DNA of 54,347 nt, from sequence record DRR723986_10554; one strand, 5' to 3'. Shown here in pieces: positions 28,424-38,831 of this stretch. How positions within the stretch are numbered: position 1 is the first letter of the stretch; each line of letters begins with the position of its first letter. The notes below the pieces were generated by a model. The model saw only the letters and a program-made list of their open reading frames with translations. It was not told where the DNA came from and searched no databases. Made by a program: the position numbers and the translations under genes.

Positions 28424-29319
28424 GACGGCCCGCCCCCAGGTCTCTGTCCGACATTCGTCATCCCGGCCCTTCTGCCATCAATCGGCTCCCCCATGCCAGA
28501 TGTCTGGCGAAACCATTGGAAATCTCCCTGGCAGAGCAAACTCCCTTGCTGGAGGCGCTGGGCCGCTTCGCCACGCACCAAGGACTGAGCTCCGCCGTTC
28601 TCGATCTTTCCGGGCTCACGCTCGAAGCGTTCGACTTCGTAATGCCTGCCTGTGCAATCGATGACCGACATGCAGCCTGGTACAGCGACACGCACTCCTC
28701 GAAAGGCGCAACGCTTGAGTCCGCAGTTGCCATTCTCGGGATACGAGATGGTGAATGGTTCGCTCATGTACACGCCTATTGGCATGAGGAAGAAGTCGAG
28801 CACCTTGGCCACTTACTGCCGCATACGCTGAAGGTTGCGCATCAGGGGGCCATCAAAGGGTACGGCCTGCAAGGCGCAGCGTTCGTGGCATCGCTGGATC
28901 CGGAAACCGAATTCACGCTGTTTCGTGTGCAGCAGGATGACGAACAGTCACGGACAACCGACTACAATGCGCTCATCACCACACTCGCTCCGTTTGCCGA
29001 CCTGACGGACAGCATCCAAGAACTCGCAAAAGAGCTGAAAGCCCCCTCCTACGAAGTCTATGGACTGGGCAGTCTGGCCGGAGCAGGGTTTCGCGATGCC
29101 CAGCCGATGACAGGTCTGATCTCCGAGATACTCCTGACTGAAAACGCTGGCGCGAAACCGGATCAAGAGCTTTGCGTCCCAATCCGCGCCGTCGATCTCG
29201 AAGGTGGACTGCATCGGGGCATTCTCACCGCTGGTGGCGCGCCGACTTTGATCACCTGTGAACTGCTGATCATGACCGGATCGAAGGATGACCTAAATCC
29301 GATATCGGAGACGGATTGA
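28420..29319 (+). CDS. Tandem PPC/DUF296-like domain protein
   Basis: GTG start overlaps the synthetase stop (GTGA). HVH...GHL motif in the first half and GLGSL...GGLHRG in the second half. Confidence 0.65.
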   Translation: MRRPAPRSLSDIRHPGPSAINRLPHARCLAKPLEISLAEQTPLLEALGRFATHQGLSSAVLDLSGLTLEAFDFVMPACAIDDRHAAWYSDTHSSKGATLESAVAILGIRDGEWFAHVHAYWHEEEVEHLGHLLPHTLKVAHQGAIKGYGLQGAAFVASLDPETEFTLFRVQQDDEQSRTTDYNALITTLAPFADLTDSIQELAKELKAPSYEVYGLGSLAGAGFRDAQPMTGLISEILLTENAGAKPDQELCVPIRAVDLEGGLHRGILTAGGAPTLITCELLIMTGSKDDLNPISETD

Positions 29320-29343
29320 ATACGGCAACTTGTTCGAAGCCAA

Positions 29344-29410
29344 GAACAGTAAGAGAACATTTACCCTTGCAGAACACAATGAGAACAGGTACCATGTTCT
29401 TGATTTGTAC
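29344..29410 (+). promoter_or_regulatory. Three alphaproteobacterial LexA (SOS) boxes
   Basis: GAAC-agtaaga-GAAC (29344-29358), GAAC-acaatga-GAAC (29372-29386) and GTTC-ttgattt-GTAC (29396-29410), directly upstream of lexA. Confidence 0.9.
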
Positions 29411-29440
29411 CAGATGTTTTCTCGGTCAGGGGACGCCTAC

Positions 29441-30151
29441 ATGCTGACGCGCAAGCAGTACGAACTGCTCATGTTCATTCACGAAAGACTGAAAGAAACC
29501 GGTGTGCCGCCGTCTTTCGACGAAATGAAGGATGCGCTCGACCTGCGCTCCAAGTCTGGCATTCACCGCCTGATCACCGCGCTTGAAGAACGTGGCTTCA
29601 TCCGGCGCCTGCCGAACCGGGCCAGAGCCATGGAGGTTGTTCGTCTTCCGGACTCCATCGCACCCGGCCTGGGTGCTCCACGACCAAGAGGTAGCTTCTC
29701 ACCTGAAGTCATTGAAGGCTCACTCGGCAAACCTGAGCCGGAAAAAGCTGCACCGGTGCCGGTGTCCAGTGTTACCGAAATCCCCGTCATGGGCCGCATT
29801 GCAGCCGGCGTGCCCATCGAGGCCATTCAAACACACAGCCATTCCATCACAGTACCGCAGGACCTGCTTGGTCGCGGGGAGCACTATGCTCTGGAGGTTC
29901 GTGGCGATTCCATGATTGAGGCGGGCATTCTGGACGGTGATACCGTGCTTATCCGCCGGACCGACAGCGCCGACAGTGGCGACATCGTGGTTGCACTTGT
30001 GGACGATGAAGAAGCCACCTTGAAGAGGCTGCGCAAGAAAGGCGCTTCCATCGCTCTTGAAGCAGCCAACCCGGCTTATGAAACCAGGATCTTCGGTCCC
30101 GGCCGCGTTCGTGTTCAGGGCCGCCTCGTTGCCCTGTTTCGTCAGTATTGA
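29441..30151 (+). CDS. lexA: SOS repressor LexA
   Basis: MLTRKQ...[21 protein letters not shown] cleavage site; GDSM Ser and TLKR Lys dyad. Confidence 0.98.
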   Translation: MLTRKQYELLMFIHERLKETGVPPSFDEMKDALDLRSKSGIHRLITALEERGFIRRLPNRARAMEVVRLPDSIAPGLGAPRPRGSFSPEVIEGSLGKPEPEKAAPVPVSSVTEIPVMGRIAAGVPIEAIQTHSHSITVPQDLLGRGEHYALEVRGDSMIEAGILDGDTVLIRRTDSADSGDIVVALVDDEEATLKRLRKKGASIALEAANPAYETRIFGPGRVRVQGRLVALFRQY

Positions 30152-30155
30152 CCAG

Positions 30156-32564
30156 TCACTCCTCTGCGCGCGCTTCGGCCACCGAGGCGCGCTCGGCTAG
30201 ACGCAGGCTGTCTCTTGTTACCGTACCCTGATGATGCCAAGGGCGCGGTGGATCAGGGATGGCAAACTTCAGTTTCTCGATTTTCAGATTTTCGTTTGGC
30301 GGATGGCCCGGTGCACTGGCACCGCTCGTAGCATTTGCGGCCTCGCTGAAATCACCGGGCGATAGCCAGATGGAGACGGCACCACGTTCGGTGCGCGTAC
30401 CGCGATCCAGGACGAGGGCTGCACCGCAGCTCTCCGGAGCGACAAGATCGGTCACGACCAAATCGGCATATCGGCAATCCAGCTGAAACGCTTCAAATGT
30501 CTTTGGCTGCGCGATTGCAAGAAAGGATCGCTTGCCATCCAGCCGTTCTGCGTCCTCTGAATTGACGTAGGCCCTGATGACACAACCGTCGTCATCGCAA
30601 TTTCTTTGAGGCGATTTCATCTTGCGCGATAAGATCGCATCACTCCTCACTCCTTCTGACTGCAGCCAGAGATCACTTGCAAACGATCTTCCCCTTGCTG
30701 CGTAACGCAAAGTTCCCGTTTCATCGCGGGCAGCAATTCGAGAGCCGCTTGCAGCAATCTGGATATCCGGAGGTCGGCTGGTGAGAACAATCAATATTCC
30801 TGCGACGAGAGGCACTCCTGCGAGCACACGCTTTCTGCCAGGCACCAACAATCCGGCAAATAATGCTGATAGCAACAGCAATGCAGCAACCCCGTCGAGC
30901 CTTCCGGAAGTTCCGCCGCCGGCATCAAGGGCTGCGGTAAAGGAAGCAACCTTCAACAGAAGTGAAACTCCGAAAGACATGACAGCCAGAGGGAGAGCTG
31001 CAAGGCCGAAAGGCATCAGAACGAATGCAAGTACTCCCATCGGCATCACAACAAGTGAAAACACCGGCATTCCCAGCAAGTTGCCTACAAGGCCATAGGG
31101 CGCAATGCGGCTGAAGTGATGAGCTCCTATAATGCCAGTCGCCAGCCCTGCGACCAATGCGGTGACGAACAACCCTGCAACCCACTTGCCGAGGTAAAGA
31201 CAAGTCGCCATGCCCCATCCGGACACTCTTTCACTCGATGACAGGGAACGATCTCGCTGCCGCCACAGGTCATATACGGCGACCAGGCAGATCACGGCAG
31301 CGAAGGACATCTGGAAGCCGGGAAAAAACAACCTCTCGGGAGCAATCAGTAAGAGTACGAGGCCAGCCAACGCTACGCTTCGCAGGGTCAGGCCGCGTCG
31401 CCCCACCAGAATTCCGACAAAGACAATCGCGATCATCAGGAACGAGCGCTGCGTCGCAACCGCACCACCGGACAGAAGCAGATAAATAACAGCAGCACCA
31501 AGGGCTGAAAGCGCGGCCCATTTGTGCACCGGCCACCTGAGCGTCAGGACCGGCACCAAGGAAAAGAGCAGCAAGACCGACCCATAGGCGCCGCCGGCAA
31601 AGAGCGCCATATGCAGTCCGGAAATTGCAAGAATGTGAGCCAGTCCGGCGGCCCGTAAAATCTCTTCCTGCTCTTCGGTTATACCGCTGCGGTCTCCAAC
31701 CAGAAGAGCAACGATCAGTGCGGTTTCCGGCCCTTCCGAAAGATTGGCCCTGATACGCTCCGCAAGGTCTATTCGAAGCTTGGCAACGGCAACGGATGGG
31801 CGAAATTCATTTCCAGCCTCCTCAGCCTCGATGACCTCGGGGGACCCGAAACTGAAACCCGTCGCTCCAATCTGCTGAAAGAAGGCCCGGAAGGTAAAAT
31901 CGTATCCTCCTGGAAAGACGGGACCTGCAGGGGGAAACAGCCGCGCACTGACGCTCACGGTGCGCCCCACTTCAACGTCGCTTCCTGCCGGAACGCGCAA
32001 GCGCACCTTAACGGGGAACTCGCCTTCCTCGACAGGACGCCCATTGACCGAGGAAACGGCCAGTACGATCCGGTGACCGGCCGCCCCGCTGTCAATCTCT
32101 TCAATGTAGCCAACAAGATCCGCGTTCATCTGTTCGGCAAGGCGCGGCGCCGAAACATATGCCGTGCGAAGACTGGAGGCTGCCAGTCCGGCAAAGAATG
32201 CCAGGAAGAGAACGACGGAAACCGCCACCGTGCCGCGCTGCTTCACACGCCAGAGAACCGCGCTTACCAGCGCGACCAGAAATCCCAACAGAACCCAGGA
32301 AGGTTCTTCGGGCAACGAAACGTAAACTCCAATTCCCGCGGCAAACGCGAAGGCACACCACAACAGCCCTTGAGAATCCCAAAGACGATCTGCTGACGCA
32401 TTGTGTGCAGAATAAGTGTGACCAGCACCCGCTAGCCTTGAACGTCGTTTCTCACGTACTTCAGGCTTGAGCACGGCAGGTGATAAATCCTCGCGCTCAA
32501 CATCAAGGGTTGCCGTTTGCGACCGGCCGGCAGAAATATCGAGCGGACCGGACCGTGACGTCAC
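30156..32564 (-). CDS. comEC: ComEC/Rec2 competence protein
   Basis: DUF4131/OB region, GLAHILAISGLHMA, ATQRS and GFQMSF motifs; conserved lexA-comEC-gltX synteny. Confidence 0.93.
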   Translation of the reverse strand: MTSRSGPLDISAGRSQTATLDVEREDLSPAVLKPEVREKRRSRLAGAGHTYSAHNASADRLWDSQGLLWCAFAFAAGIGVYVSLPEEPSWVLLGFLVALVSAVLWRVKQRGTVAVSVVLFLAFFAGLAASSLRTAYVSAPRLAEQMNADLVGYIEEIDSGAAGHRIVLAVSSVNGRPVEEGEFPVKVRLRVPAGSDVEVGRTVSVSARLFPPAGPVFPGGYDFTFRAFFQQIGATGFSFGSPEVIEAEEAGNEFRPSVAVAKLRIDLAERIRANLSEGPETALIVALLVGDRSGITEEQEEILRAAGLAHILAISGLHMALFAGGAYGSVLLLFSLVPVLTLRWPVHKWAALSALGAAVIYLLLSGGAVATQRSFLMIAIVFVGILVGRRGLTLRSVALAGLVLLLIAPERLFFPGFQMSFAAVICLVAVYDLWRQRDRSLSSSERVSGWGMATCLYLGKWVAGLFVTALVAGLATGIIGAHHFSRIAPYGLVGNLLGMPVFSLVVMPMGVLAFVLMPFGLAALPLAVMSFGVSLLLKVASFTAALDAGGGTSGRLDGVAALLLLSALFAGLLVPGRKRVLAGVPLVAGILIVLTSRPPDIQIAASGSRIAARDETGTLRYAARGRSFASDLWLQSEGVRSDAILSRKMKSPQRNCDDDGCVIRAYVNSEDAERLDGKRSFLAIAQPKTFEAFQLDCRYADLVVTDLVAPESCGAALVLDRGTRTERGAVSIWLSPGDFSEAANATSGASAPGHPPNENLKIEKLKFAIPDPPRPWHHQGTVTRDSLRLAERASVAEARAEE

Positions 32565-32695
32565 TTCAGCTCCTCGTTTTGGTCCAAGAAATGGCCGGAG
32601 CCCCTATTTAGCCTCGCCAAAGCCTGTGCTAAGACCGCGCCACCAATCCGGCGCGCTCCGCGCCGTCATACTGACAGAGACTTTCATAAAGCACC

Positions 32696-34120
32696 ATGGC
32701 ACAGAACATCGTCACGCGCTTCGCCCCGTCCCCAACCGGGTTCCTGCATATCGGCGGCGCCCGCACCGCGCTCTTCAACTGGCTCTTCGCGCGTCATCAC
32801 GGCGGCAAGATGCTGCTGCGGATCGAAGATACGGATCGGGCTCGCTCTACGCAGGAAGCGGTGGACGCATTGATTGACGGCCTGTCCTGGCTTGGGCTCG
32901 ACTGGGACGGAGACCCGATCTCCCAGTTCTCCCGTGTTGAGCGCCACAAGGAAGTGGTCGAGGAAATGCTGGCCAACGGCACAGCCTATCGCTGCTACTG
33001 CACGCCGGAAGAGCTCGACGCCATGCGCGAGAAAGCCCGCGCCGAGGGCAAGCCACCCCGCTATGACGGGACATGGCGCGAGCGAGACGCCTCCGCCGCC
33101 CCGGCCGGCGTTGACCCAGTCATCCGCATCAAGGCCCCTCAGGAAGGCGAGACGGTGGTCGACGATCTCGTTCAGGGTCGCGTCGTGATCCCGAACAAGG
33201 ACCTTGATGACTTCGTACTGATGCGCTCCGACGGGACGCCTACTTACATGCACGCCGTTGTGGTGGACGATCACGACATGGGAATCACACACATCATCCG
33301 CGGCGTCGACCACTTGACGAATGCAGCCCGCCAGACGCTCATCTTCAAGGCTCTGGGATGGGATGTGCCGGCGATGGCGCATATTCCGCTCATTCACGGG
33401 CCGGACGGCGCAAAACTTTCCAAACGTCACGGTGCGACCGGCGCCGAAGCCTATCGCGAGATGGGCTATCTGCCGCAGGCCATGCGGAATTATCTGGCAC
33501 GTCTCGGCTGGAGCCATGGTGACGAGGAAATCATTTCGCTCGAAGACATGATCAAGTGGTTCGGTTTCGACGCTGTCGGCCAGTCGGCTGCGCGTTTCGA
33601 TTTCAAGAAACTTGAGAACCTCAATGGCCATTACATGCGCGCGACCGATGACAGCGAATTGCTGGGCCATTGGAAGGTCTATCTCGCACACGCCGAAGGC
33701 GGCGACCAGATTCTCGCCTGGCTTGCCGATGGTGACAACGAGAACACCGCGCTTGCTGCACTTCCCGGACTGAAGGAACGGGCCAAGACCCTGGTCGAAC
33801 TGACGGAAAGCGCTTCCTACCTGTGGCGTCAGCGCCCGCTCGACACCGACGAAAAGGCCCAGAAGATCCTGGACGACGACGCCCGGGCGATCCTGAAGGA
33901 TCTTCACGAAGTTCTTTCCAGCGCTACTGACTGGGGCGCGGACTCGCTGGAAACTGCTGTAAAGGCCTACGCGGAAGACAAGGAATTGAAACTGGGCAAG
34001 GTGGCGCAGCCGCTACGGGCCGCGCTGACGGGCCGAGGCACGTCACCCGGCATTTATGACGTCCTGATCGCTCTTGGCCGGGAAGAATCCCTTGCCAGAA
34101 TTCAGGATCAGGCAGCCTGA
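32696..34120 (+). CDS. gltX: Glutamate--tRNA ligase
   Basis: [20 protein letters not shown] and KLSKR motifs. Confidence 0.98.
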   Translation: MAQNIVTRFAPSPTGFLHIGGARTALFNWLFARHHGGKMLLRIEDTDRARSTQEAVDALIDGLSWLGLDWDGDPISQFSRVERHKEVVEEMLANGTAYRCYCTPEELDAMREKARAEGKPPRYDGTWRERDASAAPAGVDPVIRIKAPQEGETVVDDLVQGRVVIPNKDLDDFVLMRSDGTPTYMHAVVVDDHDMGITHIIRGVDHLTNAARQTLIFKALGWDVPAMAHIPLIHGPDGAKLSKRHGATGAEAYREMGYLPQAMRNYLARLGWSHGDEEIISLEDMIKWFGFDAVGQSAARFDFKKLENLNGHYMRATDDSELLGHWKVYLAHAEGGDQILAWLADGDNENTALAALPGLKERAKTLVELTESASYLWRQRPLDTDEKAQKILDDDARAILKDLHEVLSSATDWGADSLETAVKAYAEDKELKLGKVAQPLRAALTGRGTSPGIYDVLIALGREESLARIQDQAA

Positions 34121-34356
34121 GACAAAGCACTGCCGGATGCATTTTTAGGCAAAAGCCAAGCTTCCGGCAGTCGCTCTGGTTGGCGAAATCCGTCTTTGAC
34201 CAAAGCGTTATATCGGCCAGCTTGCGGCAGTGCAGTAAATGGGCTACGCAAGACGCGAAAAAGTCTCCAGTGCTGGTCCGGCAACCGGAAACGGGACCCA
34301 TCGCCTGAAGGGTCAAACTAGGACAGCACATCCGTTTAACGTAAAGGGGTTTCTGA

Positions 34357-35649
34357 ATGGCCGACAACAACGCCAAGCTCAATGTCGGTGGTAACGACCA
34401 CGCATTCGACGTTCTTGACGGATCCATCGGACCGTCGGTTGTGAACATCTCGTCCTTGTACAAGGACACGGGCATGTTCACCTACGACCCGGGCTTCACC
34501 TCCACCGCCTCCTGCGAGTCCAAGATCACCTATATTGATGGTGACGAAGGCACCCTGCTCTACCGCGGGTACCCGATCGAGCAGCTCGCCGACCACGGCG
34601 ACTTCCTTGAGTCCTGCTATCTTCTGCTCTACGGCGAACTGCCGACGAAGACCCAGAAGGACGACTTCGTCAATCGCGTGACCTACCACACGATGATCCA
34701 CGAACAGATGAACCGTTTCTTCTCCGGTTTCCGTCGCGACGCCCACCCGATGGCAGTCATGGTCGGAACCGTTGGGGCGCTGTCCGCCTTCTATCACGAC
34801 TCGACCGACATCACCGATCCGCACCAGCGCATGGTCGCCTCCCTGCGCATGATCGCGAAGATGCCGACCATCGCCGCAATGGCTTACAAGTACCACGTTG
34901 GTCAGCCATTCGTTTATCCGCGCAACGACCTGAGCTATGCGGCAAACTTCCTGCATATGTGCTTTGCGGTCCCTTGCGAGGAATACAAGGTGAACCCGGT
35001 TCTGGCCCGCGCCATGGATCGCATCTTCATTCTTCACGCCGACCATGAGCAGAATGCATCGACCTCCACGGTTCGTCTGGCAGGTTCTTCCGGTGCAAAT
35101 CCGTTTGCCTGTATCGCAGCCGGTATCGCTTGCCTCTGGGGGCCGGCACATGGCGGCGCCAACGAAGCAGCGCTCAACATGCTGTCGGAAATCGGCTCCG
35201 TGGATCGCATTCCGGAATATGTCGCTCGTGCCAAGGACAAGAACGACCCATTCCGTCTGATGGGCTTTGGTCACCGCGTTTACAAGAACTACGACCCGCG
35301 TGCGCGCATCATGCAGAAGACCACGCACGAAGTTCTCGGCGAGCTTGGCATCAAGGACGATCCGCTGCTGGACGTTGCCATGGAGCTCGAAAAAATCGCG
35401 CTCAACGACGAATATTTCGTCGAGAAGAAGCTGTACCCGAATATCGACTTCTATTCCGGTATCACGCTACGCGCGCTTGGCTTCCCGACCACGATGTTTA
35501 CCGTTCTGTTCGCTCTGGCCCGTACCGTCGGCTGGATCGCCCAGTGGAAGGAAATGGTGGAAGATCCGTCCCAGCGCATCGGCCGTCCGCGTCAGCTCTA
35601 CACTGGTGAGAAACTGCGCGACTACACGCCGATCGACCAGCGTCGCTAA
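34357..35649 (+). CDS. gltA: Type II citrate synthase
   Basis: [29 protein letters not shown] and YPNIDFYSG motifs. Confidence 0.99.
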   Translation: MADNNAKLNVGGNDHAFDVLDGSIGPSVVNISSLYKDTGMFTYDPGFTSTASCESKITYIDGDEGTLLYRGYPIEQLADHGDFLESCYLLLYGELPTKTQKDDFVNRVTYHTMIHEQMNRFFSGFRRDAHPMAVMVGTVGALSAFYHDSTDITDPHQRMVASLRMIAKMPTIAAMAYKYHVGQPFVYPRNDLSYAANFLHMCFAVPCEEYKVNPVLARAMDRIFILHADHEQNASTSTVRLAGSSGANPFACIAAGIACLWGPAHGGANEAALNMLSEIGSVDRIPEYVARAKDKNDPFRLMGFGHRVYKNYDPRARIMQKTTHEVLGELGIKDDPLLDVAMELEKIALNDEYFVEKKLYPNIDFYSGITLRALGFPTTMFTVLFALARTVGWIAQWKEMVEDPSQRIGRPRQLYTGEKLRDYTPIDQRR

Positions 35650-35712
35650 GGCCGCACACAGACAAGCGCCTGAAATTTGCAGCAGCATTTCAGCTGAATG
35701 CATATCAAAACG

Positions 35713-35752
35713 GAAGACGCTCGGCTTTATTGCCGGGCGTCTTCTTTATTTT
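35713..35752 (+). terminator. Intrinsic terminator after gltA
   Basis: GAAGACGCTCGGC-TTTATT-GCCGGGCGTCTTC followed by TTTATTTT. Confidence 0.85.
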
Positions 35753-36085
35753 GTTACCCAGCGGAAACAAAACAAATCCAAGAAATATTTTTCCTTCTCA
35801 ATCGAGGAAAGAAAAAAAGCATTCACCTGTCATTATTCTTGAGAATAGAAAATATCGAATATTTTCCGAAAAATAAAATGAAACAAAAAAATAAAAAGCA
35901 CGCATTTAAAACTCGAAACGATATTGCTCAAACTCCCTAAATTTACATATTATATAAAGAATTAATCGTTATAATTACACCATAAATTCCCGCAATAGAG
36001 AATTTTCACGAATAATAAGGAATCTTTGCTTACCCTTTCAAACAAATAGCGCGCATTGAACACGCTGGGGTTTCGAGGGGTTAAC

Positions 36086-38512
36086 ATGAGTTTCCTGAAG
36101 TTCGCTTCTGACTTGAAGTTTGGGGTCAAAGTCGGCGGTAGTTTTGCTGCCGTTGTTGCTCTTACGGGCATTGTAGGTGGTGTTGGCGCATACAGCGTCT
36201 TGACCCTCTCGGAGCGCATGGAGGTTGCCAAACAGTCAACTTCCGCCATTGCACAGTTGCAAAACCTGGCAAGCAAGAAGGAAAGCTTCCTGTCCTCACA
36301 GGACCTTCAGACAGCTGAGGCAACAATCTCCGACATCGGTGTGTTGAGTGCCGAACTTGAAACGCTCCAGAACCAGCTCAAGGCTGATCCCGAAGCTCAG
36401 GTTCCAGTCGCTGAAGCAGCTAATGCTGTAAAGCAATTCCGTGAGGCTTTCGAAGAGGTCGTCGGCCTGACGCAAACACAGACCGCAAAGCAACAGCAAC
36501 TTGATGGCGCTGTGCAAAATCTTGAGAAGATCTCTTCGGAGATCCTCGGCAAGGCCCTGATGGCGCGAGACGGCGTCAGCCAGGACGAGACAAACGCACG
36601 CAAGACGCTGGTGCTCGCCAACAAGGTCGGCCAGGCTGCTGCCGGTTTCCAGGAAGAGGCACTTACCCTTCAAAATCTTTTCAACGCCGCAGCCAACAAC
36701 GCCAAGCAGCTTTCAGATATCAAAGATCGGGTTGCCCTGCTTGTGCCTTCTGCCAAGCAGATGGCAGCAAACAGTTTTGACGGCGTCGACCCGGGCAAGT
36801 TCCAGCAGCTTGCTGCCAAAACAGCCGAACTGGAGCAGACACTCGGCAAACTGACCGAGACGAAGGACTACATCGCGATCTTCGACCTGACAGATGCAGC
36901 CAAGGCGGGGTTCGAGCAGCTTGTTTCCGATGTGAAGGAAATCCGGTCACAGGCAAATGTGGCCATCGACAATGTCTATGCACAGGCTGACCAGATCAAC
37001 CAGCGTTTCTATGTCGTCGACAGTGTCGCGGACACGGTTATGCAGATCGAGGCAGACGCAAACGCAGTAAAGGCCGCCGCGTTCTACTTCATGCTGTCGC
37101 CGAGCGACACGTCTCAGCAGACCGTGACAACCGGTATCGAGGGCCTCGACAAACTGGCGTCCCGGCTCGAATCGAGCGCCAAGGACTTCCCGGCGATCTC
37201 CGACATCGTCCCGGCTGTGAAGAGCTCTATCGACAGCTTCGCTGCGAGTTTTTCCGAACTGGCTTCAAACCAGCTTCAGCTCGCCGAACAGATCGACACC
37301 ATGACGGAACTGTCTCAGACAGTGCAAACGCAAATCACCACCATCTCCACCAATCAGAGCGCTGCTGCACAAGCCTCCAGCACCAGCGCACTTGGCGTTA
37401 TCAGCCTCGCCCTTCTCACAGCCATCCTGGCGGGCGTTGGGATGGCTATCGCACTCAACTTCGCGGTAACACGCCCTCTCCGCCGGACCACCGAAACCAT
37501 GTCCCGCCTGGCGGAAGGTGACACGGATGTCGAGATCGACGGTATCGGGCGCGGTGACGAGATTGGCGACATGAGCCGAACCATGCAGGTCTTCCGCGAC
37601 AACGCTGTTGAGCGACTGCGACTGCAGTCGGAAACAGAGCAAGACCAGCACCTGCGTGCAGAGCGGCAAGCCCGCATTGAGGCTCTGATTTCCGGTTTCC
37701 GTGAGAAAGCGACAGAAGTCCTGGGCTCCGTTGCAGAAACGGCACAGACACTTGATGGCACCGCTCAGGATCTCAGCGCTATCGCCAGCCAGAACTCCAG
37801 CCTTGCCGATAGCACCTATGGTGTAACCGACGAAGCGACACAGAACGTTCAGACGGTTGCAAGCGCCGCAGAGGAGCTTGCCGCTTCTATTCAGGAAATC
37901 TCCCGTCAGGTGAACCAGACCACGCAGGTTGTCGATCGGGCAACCGAAGGCACACAGGTCACCAACGAAAAGGTTCAAAGCCTTTCGACAGCAGCCACCA
38001 AGATCGGCGAAGTCGTCAACCTGATCCAGGCGATCGCAGAGCAGACCAATCTCCTGGCCCTCAATGCAACGATCGAAGCCGCACGCGCCGGCGAGGCCGG
38101 CAAGGGTTTTGCAGTCGTTGCCGCCGAAGTGAAGGAACTGGCAACCCAGACGTCCAAGGCCACCGAGGAAATCAGCTCACAGATCTCCGAAATCCAGAAC
38201 GCAACCAAGGACGCCGTTGTCGCAATTGAGGCGATCACACAGACTATGGAAGAGGTCAACGAATACACCTCAACCATTGCAGCGGCAGTCGAACAGCAAG
38301 GTGCTGCAACGAGCGAAATCTCGGTCAACGTTCAGCGGGCCGCCGAGGGCACTGGTTCCGTAAAGACCAACATGTCGGATCTATCGCAGGCAGTCGCCCA
38401 GACCAGTCAGAACGCCAATCTGGTTCTCGGCGCTTCAAGCGAATTGTCTCAGAAAACCGATATTCTGAAGAATGAAGTCGGACATTTCCTGGACAACGTG
38501 GCGAACGCCTGA
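36086..38512 (+). CDS. Methyl-accepting chemotaxis protein with a very large helical periplasmic sensor
   Basis: Two TM segments, HAMP (RGDEIGDM), signalling hairpin [33 protein letters not shown]. Start at MSFLKF after GAGGGG. Confidence 0.96.
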   Translation: MSFLKFASDLKFGVKVGGSFAAVVALTGIVGGVGAYSVLTLSERMEVAKQSTSAIAQLQNLASKKESFLSSQDLQTAEATISDIGVLSAELETLQNQLKADPEAQVPVAEAANAVKQFREAFEEVVGLTQTQTAKQQQLDGAVQNLEKISSEILGKALMARDGVSQDETNARKTLVLANKVGQAAAGFQEEALTLQNLFNAAANNAKQLSDIKDRVALLVPSAKQMAANSFDGVDPGKFQQLAAKTAELEQTLGKLTETKDYIAIFDLTDAAKAGFEQLVSDVKEIRSQANVAIDNVYAQADQINQRFYVVDSVADTVMQIEADANAVKAAAFYFMLSPSDTSQQTVTTGIEGLDKLASRLESSAKDFPAISDIVPAVKSSIDSFAASFSELASNQLQLAEQIDTMTELSQTVQTQITTISTNQSAAAQASSTSALGVISLALLTAILAGVGMAIALNFAVTRPLRRTTETMSRLAEGDTDVEIDGIGRGDEIGDMSRTMQVFRDNAVERLRLQSETEQDQHLRAERQARIEALISGFREKATEVLGSVAETAQTLDGTAQDLSAIASQNSSLADSTYGVTDEATQNVQTVASAAEELAASIQEISRQVNQTTQVVDRATEGTQVTNEKVQSLSTAATKIGEVVNLIQAIAEQTNLLALNATIEAARAGEAGKGFAVVAAEVKELATQTSKATEEISSQISEIQNATKDAVVAIEAITQTMEEVNEYTSTIAAAVEQQGAATSEISVNVQRAAEGTGSVKTNMSDLSQAVAQTSQNANLVLGASSELSQKTDILKNEVGHFLDNVANA

Positions 38513-38537
38513 GCAAAGCAACCTGATCCCACGAGAC

Positions 38538-38831
38538 TTGGAAAAACCGGGGGCGTACTGCACCCGGTTTTTTGTTTGTCTGGCCTGCACCGGTTCATCG
38601 GAGCTTCCAATCTCCTCGGCCCGCAAGGTTGAAGAGGCCTACAGGTCGTTCCTCAAATCTGCCAGAGACCAGATGCAATGTGGCGCCGACACGAGTGTGC
38701 ACCTGCAGCCAACCCACGTCGTCGATATCTTCTGGCACACCCACATCCTCTTCACGCGAAAATACTTCAAGGACTGCGAAGCGGTCTTCGGACAATATCT
38801 GCACCATGAACCAGTTTTGCTCAGCCAGTAA
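38538..38831 (+). CDS. Small glycine-rich-domain (GRDP/DUF1399)-like protein; start uncertain, possibly 5'-truncated
   Basis: EEAYRSFL...PTHVVDIFWHTHILFTRKYFKDC...GQYLHHEP matches the P..VD..WH.HIL.T..Y...C....G...HH.P pattern. In-frame starts: ATG 38472 (inside the MCP gene) or TTG 38538. Confidence 0.65.
   Translation: MEKPGAYCTRFFVCLACTGSSELPISSARKVEEAYRSFLKSARDQMQCGADTSVHLQPTHVVDIFWHTHILFTRKYFKDCEAVFGQYLHHEPVLLSQ
38542..38573 (+). terminator. Intrinsic terminator after the MCP gene
   Basis: AAAAACCGGG...CCCGGTTTTTT inverted repeat 30 nt after the MCP stop. Confidence 0.8.

Noticed and set aside
29330..29440. N-terminal extension of LexA from the ORF track
   Set aside because: It spans the SOS boxes; LexA homology starts at MLTRKQ (29441). 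Similar over-extensions were trimmed for SLT, fliK, flagellin, flgH, motE, flgI, lpxD, uppS and tsf.
30156..30800. ComEC lacks a clear metallo-beta-lactamase HxHxDH motif
   Set aside because: A degenerate C-terminal domain is common in alphaproteobacterial ComEC; the frame is intact, so not a pseudogene.
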